Shown: one piece after another, positions 59,375 through 64,000 of the stretch
How positions within the stretch are numbered: the first letter of the stretch is position 1
Layout: every line of letters begins with the position of its first letter
Origin: an uncultured delta proteobacterium
Lineage (GTDB): Bacteria > Desulfobacterota > Syntrophia > Syntrophales > UBA5619
Assembly (NCBI GenBank): GCA_963817385.1
Contig: CAWFOM010000008.1
Location: 172,127-236,126 of the forward strand
Reading direction: 5' to 3'
Length of the DNA: 64,000 bases
The notes under the pieces: model-generated
Database searches by the model: none
What the model was told of the DNA's origin: nothing
The model's input: only the letters and a program-made list of their open reading frames with translations
Program-made: the position numbers and the translations under genes

Positions 59375-60450
59375 GGACCTTTTCGCACCAGCCTCACGCC
59401 GTATCGGGTAAGATACAAGGCTATTTCCTCCCCCAGGTCATTCGAAAGGGATGACCGTTCCTTTGCCGATATGTCGATCCACATCGTATGTCTTTCGTTC
59501 AACTTTTGCCGCATTTTCGCCGGAATAGGTCTAAGACTCAGCACAACATCATGATTGCGATGCATAATTTCTTCAGCGTCAATTGACGCGGTATCGTACC
59601 AGACTTGGAAGGACCAGGTCTTTCTTCTGGTAAAGAAAAGCACTCTGCTTTCCCGACAAATCAGATAGGTGTCGCCTTTTTCCTCGCACTGCAAGCTCGA
59701 ATCCCTGAAATACTGCACCATCTCGCCTACGATTCCTTTTAGAATCGTCACTTTTTCGTCGTCAGATACCTCACGTGGAAACTCGGGATACTTGCTTACG
59801 ACCCTGGCAGGAAAACCGACGGCAAGACACCGCGGAGGGATGGTGCGATGAACTAATGAGTTGGCGCCGATCACAGTGCCATCGCCGATCTTTGTGCCTG
59901 GAAGAAGAAACACCCGCCACGCGATCGACACGCTATTCCCTATCTCTATGGAATCGAACTCCACCGGGTAACCTTCAAACCTGCTCAACCAGGACGTGTG
60001 TCCGAACAACAGACAATGTCCGCCTATCCCCGTGTCGTCGCCGACAGTGATCGACCTCGCTGGGTTTATAAACGACAACTGCATGATCTGGCAATTCTTT
60101 CCAAGGACAAGCCGTGAATCCGGAAACTGGAGTCCCCCTACGAAAACCTGTTCATTAATTTTGCTGCCATCGCCTATCTCCAGGTTCGGTGTATCAAGAA
60201 ACGTCGTCGCGCCAATGCTGACATGAGAACCGATCAGAATGGACCTTCCCCTGATGATAGTCAGGAATCCGATTTTCGTGTGGTTTCCTATGGTGACGTC
60301 ACGGCCGCATATGATGGAACCAAAACCCAGCGTGACCCCGTGGCCTACCTTATATCCTCGAAGGCGATACACCAGTTTCTTGATCGGACCAGGCAAGATG
60401 CCGATGGTGAGGATTTCTCTGATTGGCAATCTCTCTTTATCGAGGAGCAT
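59371..60450 (-). CDS. Left-handed beta-helix (hexapeptide) acyltransferase with extra C-terminal domain
   Basis: Many [LIV]G hexapeptides, IGANSLV, AVGFPARVV. Confidence 0.85.
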   Translation of the reverse strand: MLLDKERLPIREILTIGILPGPIKKLVYRLRGYKVGHGVTLGFGSIICGRDVTIGNHTKIGFLTIIRGRSILIGSHVSIGATTFLDTPNLEIGDGSKINEQVFVGGLQFPDSRLVLGKNCQIMQLSFINPARSITVGDDTGIGGHCLLFGHTSWLSRFEGYPVEFDSIEIGNSVSIAWRVFLLPGTKIGDGTVIGANSLVHRTIPPRCLAVGFPARVVSKYPEFPREVSDDEKVTILKGIVGEMVQYFRDSSLQCEEKGDTYLICRESRVLFFTRRKTWSFQVWYDTASIDAEEIMHRNHDVVLSLRPIPAKMRQKLNERHTMWIDISAKERSSLSNDLGEEIALYLTRYGVRLVRKGP

Positions 60451-60516
60451 ATCGGGGTATTTCTCCCATGAATGTCTGCATTAGCGCAGATGGGTACACA
60501 AAAGCCTGTTGACCGA

Positions 60517-61275
60517 TTAACTGACGATTCTCGCCCCGCCGTCCACGACAAGCGTATGACCGACGATGCCGCCCGACGCATCAGAACAAAGGAATTGAGC
60601 AGCCCAAGCCACTTCCTCGACCGTGCATAGACGGCCGATGGGGCTTTGCTGTATGGCAGCAGCGAGTCGCTTCTCCTTCTCAGGCATCTTTTCCCACGCG
60701 TCGGTGGGTATGGCGCCAGGGGAGAGGACGTTAACACGTATTCCCTTCGAAGCCAATTCCACAGCAAGGTGCCTGCAAAGAGATTCTAAAGCGCCCTTGG
60801 ACGACCCAACCAATGAGTAAGCAGGCATTGCATGCACAGCGCCCTCTGAAGATAGAGCAACAATACTCGACCCCTTGACAAGACGCGGCAATAAGAGTTT
60901 TACCACTTCAAAAAAGGCACGCACGTTCAGTGAATAGGTCCAATCAAAATGGCGTGTTGTGAGCTCGTCGATGGAACCGTGCACACCGGTCGCTGCTGAA
61001 TACACAATTCCTGAAAGCCCTATGTCACCATTACCAACAACCTCCGCTATTCTAGCCAGGCCCTTCTGACCGGTAAGGTCGGCCCGGCAGATCTCTATAG
61101 AAAGCCCTTCGGCCTGTGCCATTTCCAAGAGCTGCTGGGCTGATGCCTCGTCACGAACGTAGTTTGCAATCACCGATGCCCCGCTCCTTGCAAAGCGCAG
61201 GGAGATGGCCCTGCCAATCCCCCGCGTGCCTCCGGTCACTAACATGCGCTTCCCTGCCATGCTAAACAAATCCAT
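60517..61275 (-). CDS. SDR oxidoreductase, FabL-like enoyl-ACP reductase
   Basis: TGGTRGIG, LSSEG, Y-x6-K (YSLVGSSK) as in FabL. Confidence 0.75.
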   Translation of the reverse strand: MDLFSMAGKRMLVTGGTRGIGRAISLRFARSGASVIANYVRDEASAQQLLEMAQAEGLSIEICRADLTGQKGLARIAEVVGNGDIGLSGIVYSAATGVHGSIDELTTRHFDWTYSLNVRAFFEVVKLLLPRLVKGSSIVALSSEGAVHAMPAYSLVGSSKGALESLCRHLAVELASKGIRVNVLSPGAIPTDAWEKMPEKEKRLAAAIQQSPIGRLCTVEEVAWAAQFLCSDASGGIVGHTLVVDGGARIVS

Positions 61276-61338
61276 AGTTCAGTCGCTCCCTGAAACGATC
61301 TAACCTTCCAGATACGCCAGCAGATGGTGAAAAAACTG

Positions 61339-61782
61339 CTACTTTAAGGAAGACATATAGGATTCCAGTACCTCATTAACATAGCCCGGCAAGAATCTAT
61401 GCAGTGGGACAAAGGAAAAAAACAGTTCGGCCTGGCACACTTTCTTTTCGCCGGCCTCGATGTAACACTCGGCTGATGCATACTGGTCGCTGTCCGCAGT
61501 AATTTTTCCATAGATTATTACATCCTGGCCCGGTTCCACCCACCCGCGGAAGCTTGCGGATTTGATACGAGCCAGCATAGGTTTTCCTCGCGGCTTCCTT
61601 TCGGCATCAAGACACATTCCAGCTGCCTGAGCCATCATCTCAGTGAGCAATACGCCTGGCACTACGGGGAAGCCTGGGAAGTGATCATTGAAATACTCTT
61701 CATCCGGCTTTATTGTCTTAGATGCACGAATGGTCTCACCGGGAACCATTTCCAGAATCCTATCCACAAGAATGAATCTCAA
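61339..61782 (-). CDS. fabZ: 3-hydroxyacyl-ACP dehydratase, FabZ-like
   Basis: RFILVDRI, FNDHFPGFPVVPGVLLTEMMAQ. Confidence 0.85.
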   Translation of the reverse strand: MRFILVDRILEMVPGETIRASKTIKPDEEYFNDHFPGFPVVPGVLLTEMMAQAAGMCLDAERKPRGKPMLARIKSASFRGWVEPGQDVIIYGKITADSDQYASAECYIEAGEKKVCQAELFFSFVPLHRFLPGYVNEVLESYMSSLK

Positions 61783-61838
61783 TTCTCTTCCCTTAACTTT
61801 TTACTCATAAGGACGTAATTGACCTACTATCTGAGTTT

Positions 61839-62087
61839 TCACTCAAGATACCCATGGCTTTTAAAAAAATCAAGAATATCCTCAACCGCCTGCATGTTTA
61901 CAAGATCATCATCTGACAGAACGATATCAAACTCCTCATCGAGCCTTGCCATTAGCGTCAAAGCGCCGAGAGAATCCCAAGCCTCTATTTCTTCGCGCAC
62001 TGTGTCGGGCTTTATGCTCGCTGCCGGCGTCTCGAACGTCTCAGCGATCCATAGTAAGGCCTCGGTAAGGTTCATTATTTTCCCCAT
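61839..62087 (-). CDS. Acyl carrier protein
   Basis: WDSLGALTLMARLDEEFDI. Confidence 0.88.
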   Translation of the reverse strand: MGKIMNLTEALLWIAETFETPAASIKPDTVREEIEAWDSLGALTLMARLDEEFDIVLSDDDLVNMQAVEDILDFFKSHGYLE

Positions 62088-62094
62088 TTATTTT

Positions 62095-62861
62095 TCACCT
62101 CGCCGTATAACCGCCGTCAACAACCATATCCACCCCTGTTATCCACCTGTTCTGAGGCGCAAGCAGGAAAACTGCGGCCCGGGCAATATCCTCGGGTTTC
62201 CCTGTCCCTAATGGAAATGAATCTTTGAGCTCCCTTACCTGTTCCTTAGTCAGCATTGAGAAGGCCTTTTCTGTCATGTCCGTTTCAACAAGGCCAGGCG
62301 AGATGGAGTTGACTCTGATCCTTCTTCTGGCCAATTCAATTGCCATTGCCCTCATGGCAGCCGTGACGGCGCCTTTACTCGCGCTATAACCGATCTGTCC
62401 GGGCATGCCGATAAGCGCATATATCGAAGAAATAAAGAGGATGCTCCCTCCGCCTTCCTCCATGACGTCGCGCCTGCAGACTGCGCGAGCGATCTCTATG
62501 CCCGACATCAGATTGACTTCGAGCATTGACAGGACGCCCTCCCTCTTGATGCCACTGAGGGGCCGCGTTTCCACTACCCCTGCCGAATGGCACACCCCGT
62601 AAACGCGTCCGTTTCTCTTCGCAAAGTCCATAATGCCGGAGAAATCTCGGGATAGTCCATCAAGTCCAACGGAACAACGTGATGACGACCAGGGGAAAGA
62701 AGTTTATAAGTCTCATTCAACTTCTCTTCGGCCCGGCCAACGAGAACCAAGCCGGCCCCCCGGTTACTCAGCTCAACCGAAATCGCGCGGCCGATTCCGG
62801 ATGACGCGCCGGTAACCACTACCGTCTTTCCTCCAAAATCGATGAATAGATCATTCTTCAT
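62095..62861 (-). CDS. SDR oxidoreductase, FabG-like ketoacyl-ACP reductase (frameshift near 62640)
   Basis: TGASSGIG in ORF 62574-62879; HSAG, YSASK, VNSISPG in ORF 62095-62631. Confidence 0.8.
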
Positions 62862-62897
62862 TTTCGCCCCCTCTTCCACCGGGTCACTCTCCTTCTC

Positions 62898-63944
62898 TCA
62901 AGCCCGAGGATTTGCAGCGATCTCGTAATGCCCCAGCAGAGCGCCCGGTTCCAAGTCGATCAACGCCGAACCCCAAGACAACCCGACTCCATAGCCCAAG
63001 AGCATCATCTTCAAAGAACGGCCGTCGGGTCTCGTCAAACCACCCATTGTCATCGTAAGCGGGATGGAAGCGCCACCTGTGTTCCCGAACTCCCCAAGCG
63101 TCATGGGTACTTTTTCATCCGGAATCTTCAGCTTTTTTGTGAGATGTTTAATGATAAACTGATTCGACTGGTGAAAGATATAGTAGTCGATATCATCCAA
63201 CCCCATATTCGAACGCGCAAGGGTATCTATAATCAGTGGAGGTACCCGCTTTATGGTGAAGTTGAAAATACTGGCGCCATTCATTCTCACGCAATACTTC
63301 TTGGGGTCCTCGGCGAATCGTTTTCTGAAGCCGCCGGCCTCGATAATCATATCCTCAAACCCGGAGCCATCGCTATGGAGTTTGAAGAACCACGTACCGG
63401 ACACCGCCGGGTCCGTTGCTTCAAGTGCCGTCGCTGACCCCGCATCTCCAAAGAGCAAGGATACGGAACGATCTGATTCATCCGAAAAACGGCTTGGAGT
63501 CTCACCATGAAGCACGAGCACCCTTCGAGTTGCACCCGTGCCGATCATCATTGCCCCTACCCAAAGTCCGTAGGGATAGCCTGAGCATCCCAATCCCATG
63601 TCAAAGGCCGCGCATTCGTCTGACAAGCCGAGATGCTTATGAATCACACAAGAAGTCGAGGGGAGAAAGTAATCGGGGGATTGGGTAACCATGATCAATG
63701 CCCCGATTGAATCACGCTCCCAACCCAATGCATCGAGAGCCTTCTCGGCGGCGGTCAGGCATAGGTCGCTGCTGCAAATCGAATCACCTGCCAGTCTGCG
63801 CGCCTTGACCCCGGCCATGGCAACGACCTTCTTGACTTCTTCTTCCGAGAATTGTTTTGTTTCAGCCAGGTTGTCAAAACAACGTTGTGGAACACACGAA
63901 CTGATTGCCGCTATTCGAGTTCCTGTGACTTTCGCGAATGCCAT
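62898..63944 (-). CDS. fabH: 3-oxoacyl-ACP synthase III (FabH-like)
   Basis: LGCSG, LFGDAG, FHQSN, FGNT, GYGVGLSW (Cys-His-Asn triad). Confidence 0.88.
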   Translation of the reverse strand: MAFAKVTGTRIAAISSCVPQRCFDNLAETKQFSEEEVKKVVAMAGVKARRLAGDSICSSDLCLTAAEKALDALGWERDSIGALIMVTQSPDYFLPSTSCVIHKHLGLSDECAAFDMGLGCSGYPYGLWVGAMMIGTGATRRVLVLHGETPSRFSDESDRSVSLLFGDAGSATALEATDPAVSGTWFFKLHSDGSGFEDMIIEAGGFRKRFAEDPKKYCVRMNGASIFNFTIKRVPPLIIDTLARSNMGLDDIDYYIFHQSNQFIIKHLTKKLKIPDEKVPMTLGEFGNTGGASIPLTMTMGGLTRPDGRSLKMMLLGYGVGLSWGSALIDLEPGALLGHYEIAANPRA

Positions 63945-63947
63945 TGC

Positions 63948-64000
63948 CTACACTTTATTCCTTTCGGTAGTGCGAGTCCTTTCCAGGAAACCTCCGACCT
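63948..64000 (-). CDS. 3' end of an upstream CDS of the same cluster (unknown product)
   Basis: Open frame VGGFLERTRTTERNKV* ending 3 nt before fabH start. Confidence 0.35.
   Translation of the reverse strand, partial: VGGFLERTRTTERNKV

Overview
Chromosomal window most likely from a Desulfobacterota (deltaproteobacterial, Syntrophales-like) anaerobe; the taxon is inferred from gene content and order. Positions 1-50 kb are mostly housekeeping: smpB, ttcA, plsB, ptsI-ptsH-EIID, thrS-infC-rpmI-rplT-pheST-ihfA, tRNA-Val(GAC), rsmI, the ffh-rpsP-khpA-rimM-trmD-rplS-rnhB-yraN operon, argS, ribD, a 2-oxoacid:ferredoxin oxidoreductase operon, hemL and a split ATP synthase Fo locus. Embedded in this are a type IV minor-pilin operon (pilD; fimT-pilV-pilW-pilX-pilY1), nucleotide-sugar genes and a stand-alone NusG paralogue. 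A degenerate tRNA-Lys 3' remnant at about 50.0 kb precedes a visibly less GC-rich accessory block. That block holds a degenerate GGDEF protein, a sigma54/enhancer-driven PEP-CTERM pseudogene and an ACP-based acyl/amide tailoring cluster that runs off the window end. Single-base frameshifts interrupt many genes, including essential pheT and thrS, and are probably sequencing or assembly indels. The most notable observations are: (1) a PilY1 with a 24-Cys, apparently nested repeat insertion right after its vWA MIDAS motif; (2) the mini-FAS plus amidotransferase plus Tat-DUF362 cluster; (3) an in-frame internally deleted mini-enolase; (4) tandem CRP-like boxes before the pilin operon; (5) two families of short interspersed repeats; (6) several candidate leader RNAs. 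No CRISPR array, rRNA or intact transposase was seen.
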